DNA of 64,000 nucleotides from an uncultured Clostridia bacterium (GTDB lineage: Bacteria > Bacillota > Clostridia > Oscillospirales > Acutalibacteraceae): assembly GCA_947630285.1 (NCBI GenBank), contig CANRHD010000006.1:23813-87812 (forward strand). Direction: 5' to 3'. The position numbers were made by a program, and so were the translations under genes. Numbering within the stretch: the stretch's first letter is position 1; each line of letters starts with the position of its first letter. The notes below the pieces were generated by a model. That model saw only the letters and a program-made list of their open reading frames with translations, searched no databases and was not told the origin of the DNA. This document shows, in pieces, positions 47,240-57,223 of this stretch.

Positions 47240-48733
47240 ATGATATACGAAAGCATAAAAAAACTTGTTTGCTACGGCCTTGAAAAGGGTCTTATTAAAG
47301 AGTGCGACCGTGTTTATGTCACAAACAGAATACTTGAGGTTTTGGCGCTCAATGAATACGACGAGCCGCAGGAGAATTTCAGCAATGTGGATCTCGAAAG
47401 TACTCTGTGCGAATTGCTTGACTTTGCGGCGGAGAACGGCGTGCTTGAAAACAACAGCGTTGTTTACCGTGATTTGCTCGATACAAAGCTTATGGCATGC
47501 CTTATGCCCATGCCGCACGAAGTAATTGAAAAATTCAACTCCCTTTATAAAATCAGCCCCGAAAGCGCTACGGATTATTTCTATAACCTGAGCTGTGACA
47601 GCGATTACATTAGAAGATACAGGATAAAAAAGGATATGCGCTGGAGCGTTGAAAGCAAATACGGCGAGATTGATATTTCGATTAACCTTTCAAAGCCCGA
47701 AAAAGACCCCAAGGCCATTGCGGCGGCAAAGCTTCAAAAGCAGTCGGGCTATCCCAAATGTATGCTCTGCAAAGAGTGCGAGGGCTACAGCGGTACGGTC
47801 AATTTCCCCGCAAGGCAAAACCACAGGGTCATACCTGTTACCATAAACGGCTCTCAATGGGGTTTTCAGTACTCCCCCTATGTCTATTACAATGAGCATT
47901 GTATAGTCTTTAACGGCGAGCATACGCCTATGAAAATTGAAAAAGCTACCTTTAAAAAGCTTTTTGATTTTATAAAGCTGTTTCCCCACTATTTTCTCGG
48001 CTCAAATGCGGACTTGCCCATAGTCGGCGGTTCTATACTTTCCCATGACCACTATCAGGGCGGTCATTACACCTTCGCCATGGCAAAAGCGCCCATTGAA
48101 AGGCATTTTACCGTTAAAGGCTACGAGGATATAGAGGCAGGTATAGTAAAATGGCCGCTTTCGGTTATCAGACTGCGTTCTAAGGACTGCGACGGGATAA
48201 TCGAGCTCGCCGATGTTATACTCAATAAATGGAGGGGCTATACCGACGAGGAGGCCTGTATTTTCGCCTATACCGAGAACGAGCCGCACAACACAATTAC
48301 GCCCATTGCGAGAAAGGTCGGCGACACCTACGAGCTTGACCTTGCTCTGCGTAACAATCTCACAACAGAGCAGTACCCCCTCGGCGTTTACCATCCGCAC
48401 GAGGTTTACCACCATATCAAGAAAGAAAATATCGGCCTTATTGAGGTTATGGGTCTTGCCGTACTGCCTTCAAGGCTTAAGCATGAGCTTGCGAAGCTTG
48501 GCGAATACATTGTGGAAAACAAGGATATCCGTGCCGACGAAGAGCTTGAAAAGCATGCGGACTGGGTTGACGGCTTTAAGGGAAATTACGAAAACATAAC
48601 AAGCGAAAATGTTGACGGTATACTAAAAGCCGAGGTCGGCAAGGTCTTTGTCGGCGTGCTTGAGGACGCCGGAGTGTATAAATGCACCGACGAAGGCAGA
48701 AAAGCGTTTATGAAATTTATCAACACTTTATAA
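47240..48733 (+). CDS. galT: UDP-glucose--hexose-1-phosphate uridylyltransferase (type 2 GalT)
   Basis: 497 aa, the Gram-positive long GalT form. 'GGSILSHDHYQGG' active-site motif. Confidence 0.9.
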   Translation: MIYESIKKLVCYGLEKGLIKECDRVYVTNRILEVLALNEYDEPQENFSNVDLESTLCELLDFAAENGVLENNSVVYRDLLDTKLMACLMPMPHEVIEKFNSLYKISPESATDYFYNLSCDSDYIRRYRIKKDMRWSVESKYGEIDISINLSKPEKDPKAIAAAKLQKQSGYPKCMLCKECEGYSGTVNFPARQNHRVIPVTINGSQWGFQYSPYVYYNEHCIVFNGEHTPMKIEKATFKKLFDFIKLFPHYFLGSNADLPIVGGSILSHDHYQGGHYTFAMAKAPIERHFTVKGYEDIEAGIVKWPLSVIRLRSKDCDGIIELADVILNKWRGYTDEEACIFAYTENEPHNTITPIARKVGDTYELDLALRNNLTTEQYPLGVYHPHEVYHHIKKENIGLIEVMGLAVLPSRLKHELAKLGEYIVENKDIRADEELEKHADWVDGFKGNYENITSENVDGILKAEVGKVFVGVLEDAGVYKCTDEGRKAFMKFINTL

Positions 48734-48765
48734 TCCAAAAAATAAAACTTCGCTATGCTTTTAGA

Positions 48766-48821
48766 TGAACTGACCCCAAAAAGTTAGACATTATATCACA
48801 TTGTTTAACTTTTTGGGGTCA
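48766..48821. repeat. back-to-back IS3-family-like terminal repeats (solo IR pair / mini-IS remnant)
   Basis: TGAACTGACCCCAAAAAGTTAGACA, 11 nt, then TGTTTAACTTTTTGGGGTCA. It begins with the same TGAACTG and ends with the same GACA as the IS3 end at 63774. Confidence 0.45.
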
Positions 48822-49039
48822 ATTTGCGAATGTGAGTTTATAATGTAATAATTTTTTGAAATCTTGGCAATCGGGTTGAAAAAACGAAGATTTTGCGGTA
48901 TTATATAAAATGGTTAATTATGACATTTGTAATATTGATAAAAACACATCAAATGTCTTTATCTGCACAAGTCGTTAAATGCTTGCTGAAACTATATTTT
49001 ATTGAATTTATTGAATAACTATAATCGGAGGAACAAACC

Positions 49040-50548
49040 GTGGCTGAAAAGAACAACGCCAACATCGGCTTTGAAAAACAAATTTGGGACGCAGCCTGCG
49101 TTCTTTGGGGACATATCCCGGCGGCAGAGTACAGAAAGGTTATCGTAGGGCTGATTTTCCTGCGTTACATATCCGGCGCCTTTGAAAAGCAATACAATAA
49201 GCTGAAAGCAGACGGCGACGGCTTTGAGAATGACAGGGACGCTTATCTTCAGGACAACATATTTTTCGTTCCCGAAAAAGCCCGTTGGAGTAAAATCGCT
49301 TCTTGTGCCCATACGAGGGAAATCGGTACTGTGATTGACGATGCAATGCGTGCGATTGAAGCCGAGAACAAGAGCTTAAAAAATGTGTTGCCAATGAACT
49401 ATGCAAGCCCCGACCTTGACGATCGTGTTTTAGGCGATGTGGTTGACCTTTTTACCAATATGGATATTGGCGGCGCAGAAGAAAGCAAGGATTTGCTCGG
49501 CAGAACCTATGAATACTGTATCAAGCAATTTGCGGCCTACGAGGGCGTAAAGGGCGGAGAATTTTATACGCCGTCAAGTATTGTCAATACGATTGTCGCC
49601 ATATTAAAACCGTTTGGAGGCTGCCGTGTTTACGATCCGTGCTGCGGTTCGGGCGGTATGTTTGTGCAGTCTGCCAAATTCATTAAAGATCATGCCGGCA
49701 ACAGATCCGATGACATATCAATTTACGGGCAGGAGAGCAACGCCGACACATGGAAAATGGCGAAGATGAATATGGCGATCCATGGTATTGAGCCCGATTT
49801 CGGACCATATCATGCGGACACCTTTTTCAACGACCTGCACCCCACCCTGAAAGCCGATTTCATTATGGCAAATCCGCCCTTCAATCTCTCTAACTGGGGC
49901 GGCGACAAGCTGAAAGACGACAAACGCTGGGCTTTCGGTACGCCGCCTGTCGGAAATGCCAACTATGCGTGGATTCAGCATATGATCCACCACCTCGCAC
50001 CAAACGGTAAAATCGGATTGGTACTTGCAAACGGCGCTCTTTCCTCACAGACGGGCGGCGAGGGCGAGATACGCAAAAATATCATTCAGGCCGACCTTGT
50101 GGAGGGCATAGTCGCTCTGCCTACGCAGTTATTTTACAGCGTGACCATTCCCGTTACCCTTTGGTTTATCTCGAAGAACAAGAAGCAGAAAGGCAAGACG
50201 CTCTTTATTGACGCCCGGAAAATGGGCCATATGGTTGACCGCAAGCACAGGGATTTTACCGATGAGGACATACAAAAACTTGCGGACACCTTTGAGCAGT
50301 TCCAAAACGGAACACTTGAAGATGTCAAAGGCTTCTGTGCCGTCGCCGACCTTGCCCAAATCGAAAAACAGGACTTCATTCTGACGCCGGGCAGATATGT
50401 CGGCATTGAGGAACAGGAGGATGACGGCGAGCCGTTCGGGGAAAAGATGACCCGTTTGACCGCCGAACTGTCCGAGATGTTCGCAAAGTCCCACGAATTG
50501 GAGGACGAAATACGAAAGAAACTGGGGGCGATTGGGTATGAAGTGTAA
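49040..50548 (+). CDS. hsdM: Type I restriction-modification methyltransferase subunit
   Basis: HsdM N-terminal domain ('LIFLRYIS'), SAM motif 'VYDPCCGSGGM' and catalytic 'ANPPFN'. GTG start after a GGAGG RBS. Confidence 0.93.
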   Translation: MAEKNNANIGFEKQIWDAACVLWGHIPAAEYRKVIVGLIFLRYISGAFEKQYNKLKADGDGFENDRDAYLQDNIFFVPEKARWSKIASCAHTREIGTVIDDAMRAIEAENKSLKNVLPMNYASPDLDDRVLGDVVDLFTNMDIGGAEESKDLLGRTYEYCIKQFAAYEGVKGGEFYTPSSIVNTIVAILKPFGGCRVYDPCCGSGGMFVQSAKFIKDHAGNRSDDISIYGQESNADTWKMAKMNMAIHGIEPDFGPYHADTFFNDLHPTLKADFIMANPPFNLSNWGGDKLKDDKRWAFGTPPVGNANYAWIQHMIHHLAPNGKIGLVLANGALSSQTGGEGEIRKNIIQADLVEGIVALPTQLFYSVTIPVTLWFISKNKKQKGKTLFIDARKMGHMVDRKHRDFTDEDIQKLADTFEQFQNGTLEDVKGFCAVADLAQIEKQDFILTPGRYVGIEEQEDDGEPFGEKMTRLTAELSEMFAKSHELEDEIRKKLGAIGYEV

Positions 50549-50936
50549 GATAGATACCAAAAATTTTGCTAAAAAAATTGGCTTTGAAAAAATTAATGAA
50601 TTTCCAGAACATTTTACGCCTACATTTGTTTTAGCAGTTGTTAACGGGCATAGCATAACAGTATCAGAAATGCTAAAACAAATTGAGTATGCAATTAGAT
50701 TTATTAAAGCAAATTTTGATGTTGATCAAAAGAAGTACAGCGAAACCCTTAAATTTCTTAAATTATGTGAGCTTAGATTTCAAAATCATTCATCAAGCAA
50801 ACCGAAAAAAAATATGTTGCATTTTGCGGTTGAAGTTTTTCACGAGATACAGGATATGCACGCCAAGGACGAGAAGACAAAAAAAGAAAATGAAAATATA
50901 TCTCTTTATTTGAATATATTAATTGATATGTTTTAA
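50532..50936 (+). CDS. orphan hypothetical protein embedded in the R-M locus
   Basis: 134-aa AT-rich ORF overlapping the hsdM end by 17 nt. No motif recognised. Confidence 0.4.
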   Translation: MGMKCKIDTKNFAKKIGFEKINEFPEHFTPTFVLAVVNGHSITVSEMLKQIEYAIRFIKANFDVDQKKYSETLKFLKLCELRFQNHSSSKPKKNMLHFAVEVFHEIQDMHAKDEKTKKENENISLYLNILIDMF

Positions 50937-50970
50937 ATGTAATATATTATCGTGTATATTATATTGATAC

Positions 50971-51255
50971 TTGAACGAAATTCCTGTCCCGTTTGTGCCG
51001 TTGAAAGTGCTGTACAACAGAATGACGATAGGCGGCATTGAAACTCGCCTGCGAGAAATGGGAAAACGCTTGGGCGTGTCAAAGGTGCGCCCACATAAAT
51101 TCAGACGAACCCTCGCCACTATGGCGATAGATAAGGGAATGCCAATCGAACAGCTTCAACAGCTCTTGGGGCATAAAAGAATAGATACAACCTTGCAGTA
51201 CGCAATGGTCAAACAGAGCAATGTAAAGCTTGCTCATAGGAAATATATCGGGTAG
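50971..51255 (+). pseudogene. C-terminal fragment of a tyrosine recombinase
   Basis: Only the last ~90 aa remain, with box II 'HKFRRTLAT...LLGHKRIDTTLQY'. The N-terminal core-binding and Arg-I regions are absent and there is no ATG start. Confidence 0.8.
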
Positions 51256-51269
51256 AAAGGAACACATTT

Positions 51270-52439
51270 ATGGCTGAGTGGAATTATTGCACAATAGGAG
51301 ATATATGCGATACAATCTCGGACACCTATAAAGGTGATGATAGCAAAGTTATTCTTGTGAACACCTCTGATGTATTAGACGGTAAAATTCTAAATCATCA
51401 GGAAGTAAAAAACGAGAACTTAAAAGGTCAATTCAAAAAGACTTTCCAATTTAATGATATTCTTTACTCGGAAATTCGACCGGCAAATAAAAGATTTGCC
51501 TTTGTTGACATTAACGATACGCATAAGTACATTGCGTCAACCAAGCTAATGGTCTTACGAGCAAGGAAAAACAAGGTAATTCCCAAGTTCCTATTTGCTA
51601 TATTAAAGTCTCCAAGCGTAATATCAGAACTTCAACACTTAGCCGAAACAAGGTCGGGAACATTTCCACAAATCACATTTGGAAGTGAGTTGGCTCCAAT
51701 GCCAGTAATGCTGCCTGATTTTGAAACACAAGAAAGAATTGTGGGTATTTTGAGGGCTATCGAAGAAAAGATGGAGGAAAATGAACAGATAAACAATAAT
51801 TTAGAGCAGCAAGCCAAAGCCTTGTTTAAGTCTTGGTTTGTTGACTTTGAGCCCTTTTCCGATGACGGAACAACGCCTGTGGATTGGCGAGTAGGTACTG
51901 TTGGAGAAATCATAGAACTCCACGACTCGAAACGTATTCCGTTATCGGGCGCTCAACGAGCGAAAATGGAAAAAACCTATCCGTATTACGGTGCTACCTC
52001 GCTGATGGACTATGTTGACAATTATCTTTTTGACGGCATTTACCTTCTTCTCGGTGAGGACGGAACCGTTATTGACGATAAAGGCTTTCCTATACTCCAA
52101 TATATAGACGGGAAGTTTTGGGTGAATAATCACGCCCACATTTTAACCGGCAAGCTTGGCTTTTCAGTTGAAGAACTGTATTTGTTTTTCAGCTTAACTA
52201 ACATTAAGTCAATCGTTACCGGCGCTGTTCAACAAAAAGTCAGTCAAGGCAATCTCAAAAGCATACCCACTGTTATTCCACCAAAAGAAGTGTTGAAGGA
52301 CTTTGATGAGTTAATTCAGCCCATATTTTCCGAAATTCGCACATTGAGAGCCGAGAATATACGGTTGGCAACCTTGCGTGATAGTCTTTTGCCTCGTCTT
52401 ATGTCCGGCGAGCTTGATGTCTCGAAAATTGACCTTTAA
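51270..52439 (+). CDS. hsdS: Type I R-M specificity subunit
   Basis: 389 aa with two target-recognition domains. These are separated by the central coiled-coil 'QERIVGILRAIEEKMEENEQINNNLEQQAKALFKSWF' and followed by the terminal conserved 'LATLRDSLLPRLMSGEL'. Confidence 0.9.
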   Translation: MAEWNYCTIGDICDTISDTYKGDDSKVILVNTSDVLDGKILNHQEVKNENLKGQFKKTFQFNDILYSEIRPANKRFAFVDINDTHKYIASTKLMVLRARKNKVIPKFLFAILKSPSVISELQHLAETRSGTFPQITFGSELAPMPVMLPDFETQERIVGILRAIEEKMEENEQINNNLEQQAKALFKSWFVDFEPFSDDGTTPVDWRVGTVGEIIELHDSKRIPLSGAQRAKMEKTYPYYGATSLMDYVDNYLFDGIYLLLGEDGTVIDDKGFPILQYIDGKFWVNNHAHILTGKLGFSVEELYLFFSLTNIKSIVTGAVQQKVSQGNLKSIPTVIPPKEVLKDFDELIQPIFSEIRTLRAENIRLATLRDSLLPRLMSGELDVSKIDL

Positions 52440-52473
52440 GCCGATAAATTATATATAGAGGGTGCTCTATTTC

Positions 52474-52836
52474 ATGGATTTCAAATACTTAGACAATGAA
52501 TCAGAACAAAAATTAAAAGAATTTTTAAGTTGCAATAATATTACTTATAATAAATTCAATGACCGAGTGATAGAAAATTTAATCAATTTAGGCTATTTAA
52601 AGGGTGAAGATATTTCTCCTATATCGGAATCACATACATGCTATGTTGTAATAGATATTACGCAAAAAGGTAAGTCTTATTTTGAAATGAAGAAAAGATA
52701 TGAAAAAGAGCAAAAAAGAATAACACACAAAGATTGGTGGATTGCTATAATAAGTGCTTTAATCGGCGCTTTAATCGGTCTAATACCTACTATTGCGCAT
52801 TGGATTGAAACGATATTTCAAAAAAATAATGATTAG
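52474..52836 (+). CDS. orphan small protein with a C-terminal TM anchor, embedded between hsdS and hsdR
   Basis: About 120 aa. Soluble N-domain followed by 'WWIAIISALIGALIGLIPTIAHWI'. Confidence 0.45.
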   Translation: MDFKYLDNESEQKLKEFLSCNNITYNKFNDRVIENLINLGYLKGEDISPISESHTCYVVIDITQKGKSYFEMKKRYEKEQKRITHKDWWIAIISALIGALIGLIPTIAHWIETIFQKNND

Positions 52837-52942
52837 TCATATATTGAATTATAAGCCGCCGCTAAATTATTGTTTAGCATAGACCGTCTACGGCAACGGT
52901 AAAACCATTTCAAATAGATAAGTCTCAAAAGGAGCAAATGAT

Positions 52943-55900
52943 ATGTCGGAATATTTCACCGAAGCAAATTACGAAAATTCTATAATCGAGCTGTTCAAAA
53001 ACAAATTGGGGTATGAATACATATACGCCCCCGATTTAGAGAGGGATTTTTACAGTCCGCTTTATGACGAGGTCTTGGCGGACTCTTTGCGGCGAATCAA
53101 CAAAGGACTGCCGAACGAAGCCCTGAACGACGCCCTGTTTAGGCTCAAAAATATTGAGAACGGCTCGCTTGTGCAGAAGAATGCCGTATTTACGGATTAT
53201 CTTCAAAACGGCATTCCCGTGCAATACTTTGCAGACGGCGAAGAACGCTCCTCTCTCGCCTATTTGGTCGATTACAAAAATCCCGACAATAACTCCTTTA
53301 TCATATCGAACCAATGGACTTTTATTGAGAACAGCAATAAACGAGCCGACATTGTCCTGTTTTTGAACGGGCTTCCCGTAGTGCTTATGGAGTTGAAATC
53401 TCCGTCCCGTGAGGGAACCGACGCTTCCGAAGCATATAGACAGCTTCGTAACTATATGCAGGAAATTCCGTCGATGTTCGTTTATAACGCCATCTGTGTG
53501 ATGAGCGATCTAATCACCTCGAAAGCAGGAACGATTACTTCAAGCGAAGATCGTTTTATGGAATGGAAAACCAAAGACGGCAGCTATGAAAACACGAAGT
53601 ACGCACAGTTTGACACTTTCTTTGAGGGTATGTTCCAAAAAGAAAGACTGCTTGATATAATCAAAAACTTCATATGCTTCTCGAACGAGGGAACGCAAAA
53701 AGCTAAAATTCTTGCCGGTTATCATCAGTATTTTGCCGTAAACAAGGCGGTTGCTTCTACAAAAAAGGCCACCGTAACAGACGGCAAGGGCGGAGTATTT
53801 TGGCATACACAGGGCAGCGGAAAGTCGCTGTCTATGGTGTTCTACGCCCACCGTTTGCAGGAAGCACTCGACAGCCCGACCATTGTGGTGCTGACCGACC
53901 GCAACGATTTGGACAATCAGCTTTTCGGACAGTTTGCAAAGTGCAAAGAATTCCTGCGCCAAGAGCCAATGCACGCCGAAAGCAGAGAACACCTGAAAAA
54001 CCTGCTTGCCGGCAGACAGGTAAACGGTATCATCTTTACCACCATGCAGAAATTCGAGGAACCCTCTGAGCCGCTGTCCGACCGCAGAAACATTATCGTA
54101 ATGGCGGACGAAGCGCACCGTGGGCAGTACGGGCTTGCCGAAAGCGTCGATGAGCAAACCGGCCATATGAAATACGGAATTGCACGCATTATCCGCAATA
54201 CCCTGCCAAACGCTACTTATATCGGATTTACAGGAACTCCGATTTCTTCCAAGGACCGCAGCACCCGTGAGGTGTTCGGTGACTACATTGATATTTACGA
54301 TATGACGCAGTCGGTAGAGGACGGAGCGACAAGACCTGTTTACTATGAGAGCCGTGTTATAAAGTTAAAGCTTGACGAACAGACGCTTAAGCTTATTGAT
54401 ACAGAATACGACATTATGGCGAACAATGCCGATCCCGAAGTGATTGAAAAAAGCAAGCGTGAGCTCGGACAGATGGAGGCCGTACTCGGAAACGACAATA
54501 CGATAAACTCCCTCGTCTGCGATATTCTCGACCACTACGAGAACAACCGTGAACACTTGCTGACCGGCAAAGCGATGATCGTTGCGTATTCAAGGCCTAT
54601 CGCAATGAAGATCTACAAGCGCATTTTGGAACTGCGCCCCACATGGACGGAAAAGGTGGGAGTGGTAATGACTTCCGGCAACAGCGACCCCGAAGAATGG
54701 CGGCAAATCATCGGCAACAAGCAACATAAAGACGAATTGGCAAAGAAGTTTAAAGATAATGACAGCCCGATGAAAATCGCCATAGTTGTGGATATGTGGC
54801 TGACCGGTTTTGATGTGCCGTCCCTTGCCACTATGTATGTGTACAAACCGATGGCAGGGCATAATCTGATGCAGGCTATCGCACGAGTCAACCGTGTTTA
54901 CGGGGATAAAGAGGGCGGCCTTATCGTAGATTATGTCGGAATTATCACGGCGCTGAAGCAGGCGATGAATGACTACACAAGCCGAGACAAGAAAAACTAC
55001 GGAGATACCGATATTACGAAGGCCGCCTATCCGAAGTTCCTTGAAAAGCTTTCTGTCTGCCGTGACTTGTTCTACGGATTCGATTACAGCGCCTTTTTGA
55101 CCGGCGCCGATTTTGAAAGATCCAAAACAATCAGCGGAGCAGTAAACTTTATCCTCGGCAGAGAAAAAAGCAAAGATAAAGACAGTTTTGTGAAAGAAGC
55201 TTTAATGCTTCATCAGGCGCTCTCCCTCTGCTCCTCTCTTGCGAACGAGGAGGAACGGTTTGAAGCGGCATTTTTTGAGGTAGTGCGTGTGCCTGTTCTG
55301 CGGTTGACAAATACCGGCATAGGCAAAAAGATTTCGCTACCGGAAATGAATGCAAGAATTAATGAACTGCTTAAACAAAGTATCAAGAGCGACGGCGTTA
55401 TCAATTTATTTAATGACATCAAATCGCCGTTTTCGCTGTTCAACTCAGAGTTTCTTAATGAAGTCGCCAATATGAAAGAGAAAAACCTCGCGGTAGAGCT
55501 GCTCAAAAAGCTGATTGCCGAACAGATTTCTGTCTATCGCAGGACGAATGCAGTCAGGTCCGAGAAATTCAGCGAGATTATGCAGCGTTCTCTTAATGCG
55601 TATCTCAACGGTATGCTCACCAACGAGGAAGTCATCGAAGAAATGCTGAAACTTGCAAAGCAAATTGCAGCAGCGCAAAAAGAGGGTGAGCAGTTGGGTC
55701 TTTCTGCCGATGAGCTGGCATTCTACGACGCTCTGACAAAACCGCAGGCAATAAAAGATTTCTATAACAATGAGGAACTGATTGCCATTACCAAAGAGCT
55801 TGCGGATACTCTGCGAAAGAACAAAACGATCGACTGGCAGAAGCGTGAGTCCGCAAGGGCAAAAATGCGCATGCTTATCAAGAAATTGCTTAAGAAGCAC

Positions 55901-55987
55901 AAGTATCCGCCTGAGGGTATGGAGGACGCAGTACAGACCGTTATGACACAGTGCGAGCTGTGGACGGATAATGTAATGGAAGTTTGA
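52943..55987 (+). CDS. hsdR: Type I restriction enzyme endonuclease/translocase subunit
   Basis: 1014 aa. N-terminal nuclease region 'ADIVLFLNGLPVVLMELK', helicase motif I 'HTQGSGKS' and motif II 'VMADEAHRGQ'. Confidence 0.93.
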   Translation: MSEYFTEANYENSIIELFKNKLGYEYIYAPDLERDFYSPLYDEVLADSLRRINKGLPNEALNDALFRLKNIENGSLVQKNAVFTDYLQNGIPVQYFADGEERSSLAYLVDYKNPDNNSFIISNQWTFIENSNKRADIVLFLNGLPVVLMELKSPSREGTDASEAYRQLRNYMQEIPSMFVYNAICVMSDLITSKAGTITSSEDRFMEWKTKDGSYENTKYAQFDTFFEGMFQKERLLDIIKNFICFSNEGTQKAKILAGYHQYFAVNKAVASTKKATVTDGKGGVFWHTQGSGKSLSMVFYAHRLQEALDSPTIVVLTDRNDLDNQLFGQFAKCKEFLRQEPMHAESREHLKNLLAGRQVNGIIFTTMQKFEEPSEPLSDRRNIIVMADEAHRGQYGLAESVDEQTGHMKYGIARIIRNTLPNATYIGFTGTPISSKDRSTREVFGDYIDIYDMTQSVEDGATRPVYYESRVIKLKLDEQTLKLIDTEYDIMANNADPEVIEKSKRELGQMEAVLGNDNTINSLVCDILDHYENNREHLLTGKAMIVAYSRPIAMKIYKRILELRPTWTEKVGVVMTSGNSDPEEWRQIIGNKQHKDELAKKFKDNDSPMKIAIVVDMWLTGFDVPSLATMYVYKPMAGHNLMQAIARVNRVYGDKEGGLIVDYVGIITALKQAMNDYTSRDKKNYGDTDITKAAYPKFLEKLSVCRDLFYGFDYSAFLTGADFERSKTISGAVNFILGREKSKDKDSFVKEALMLHQALSLCSSLANEEERFEAAFFEVVRVPVLRLTNTGIGKKISLPEMNARINELLKQSIKSDGVINLFNDIKSPFSLFNSEFLNEVANMKEKNLAVELLKKLIAEQISVYRRTNAVRSEKFSEIMQRSLNAYLNGMLTNEEVIEEMLKLAKQIAAAQKEGEQLGLSADELAFYDALTKPQAIKDFYNNEELIAITKELADTLRKNKTIDWQKRESARAKMRMLIKKLLKKHKYPPEGMEDAVQTVMTQCELWTDNVMEV

Positions 55988-56031
55988 ATTCCTTTCTGTG
56001 TTTCCTCTTCATTTGCCATATTAATCAAAAA

Positions 56032-56063
56032 AGTCTGTAGTTGTTGAAACTACAGGCTTTTTA
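56032..56063. terminator. bidirectional intrinsic terminator
   Basis: AGTCTGTAGTT/AACTACAGGCT hairpin plus TTTTT, between convergent hsdR and 56066..57145. Confidence 0.7.
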
Positions 56064-56065
56064 AT

Positions 56066-57145
56066 TTATTGTGACGGTGTCAGTCCGCTTTCTTTTATAT
56101 ACGCCATTATTCTTGCGGTTTCTTCTTCGCCGTATTTTCTTGCTGCAACCTCAAGTGGCTGATCCTCATATTCATCAAATCCATATTTCAAAGCGCTTTT
56201 ATAATTCTTTTTATTATTCACAAGTTCCCTCAACTCCTTAAAATATGAGGTATTTAAAGCCGGGTCTTCCCAGTCAAGAGAATTTGCAAGATAATTAATA
56301 TACGAATGGTGTACTTCGTGACATATTGTGTTTATCACCTCTTCAACAGATGACTTTGCCAAATGTTCAACACTAATCGAAATTTGATTGGATTCATCAT
56401 CATAGCTGCCTAATGTTGCAAAGCCAATCATACCGGCCTTTATAGGTATGGCCGGAGTACCGAGAACACCGGCTTCAAAATCAACAAGCTTTTGCATAAC
56501 AGTTATTTTTTCTTGAACCGATAACCGATTCCATGTATTTTCTTGCAGATAACCCCATAGCTCCGTATTCTGCGTATAAAAATTCTCCGTCTCATCATCT
56601 GCTTGCTCTGATGCTTTATTCTCAGAGAACAGCTGATTATAAATTTTATCCGTAGCTTTATATATAGGGGACTTAAATCCATACATAAAAATTGAGATTA
56701 AACAAGGAATAGCGCACACAACGGCTATGCTGAGAACCGAACCTCTTCTAAATGCAAATTGGTATCTTCGATGTTGCTTTTTTGAAAACTTATGCTTTCG
56801 TTCGGATTTTCTTAAAGCACAAAAAAGTGCAGTTTCACAGCCCAACAAAATTAACATAATCAAGACGGACAAAACGAAATGCCACTGTGCGAATACGAGC
56901 ATAAACACAATTTCGACGGGAACTATGTTGAACAACAATTCTGTTATTGTACCGTTACAGGTCCCGTACCTTAAAGGAGAACAGCATAGCCATACCACCG
57001 TAACCATAATAATCAAAATTAGCGAGGACCATGTTCCCATATAAAGACCGATTTTCGGAATACAGAATGCAAACGGTTTGGCAAAACTATAGAATATCAT
57101 TATAAGGGGTATGATGATAGACGACTTGTAGATGATTCGTTTCAT
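56066..57145 (-). CDS. 5-TM membrane protein with a C-terminal HExxH (zincin-like) domain
   Basis: AGGAGG RBS before the ATG at 57145 ('MKRIIYKSS'). Five hydrophobic helices, then a soluble domain containing 'ICHEVHHSY'. Confidence 0.6.
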   Translation of the reverse strand: MKRIIYKSSIIIPLIMIFYSFAKPFAFCIPKIGLYMGTWSSLILIIMVTVVWLCCSPLRYGTCNGTITELLFNIVPVEIVFMLVFAQWHFVLSVLIMLILLGCETALFCALRKSERKHKFSKKQHRRYQFAFRRGSVLSIAVVCAIPCLISIFMYGFKSPIYKATDKIYNQLFSENKASEQADDETENFYTQNTELWGYLQENTWNRLSVQEKITVMQKLVDFEAGVLGTPAIPIKAGMIGFATLGSYDDESNQISISVEHLAKSSVEEVINTICHEVHHSYINYLANSLDWEDPALNTSYFKELRELVNNKKNYKSALKYGFDEYEDQPLEVAARKYGEEETARIMAYIKESGLTPSQ

Positions 57146-57223
57146 GCTGTTCCTCCTGATTTTCATATAAGCAATATATAGAATTTTGATTAAAAATGCT
57201 ATAAACCGACAGAAAACACATAT

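Noticed and set aside
48766-48821. Simple rho-independent terminator of galT.
   Set aside because: The stem is long (over 16 bp) but is not followed by a T-run. Both arms resemble IS3-type termini (TGAACTG...GACA). A terminator role cannot be fully excluded.
52877-52888. Shared 12-mer GCATAGACCGTC upstream of hsdR and at 60299-60310 in the divergent promoter region, as a possible common operator.
   Set aside because: A single 12-nt match is expected many times by chance in a 64-kb window on two strands. The orientation relative to the genes is also inconsistent.
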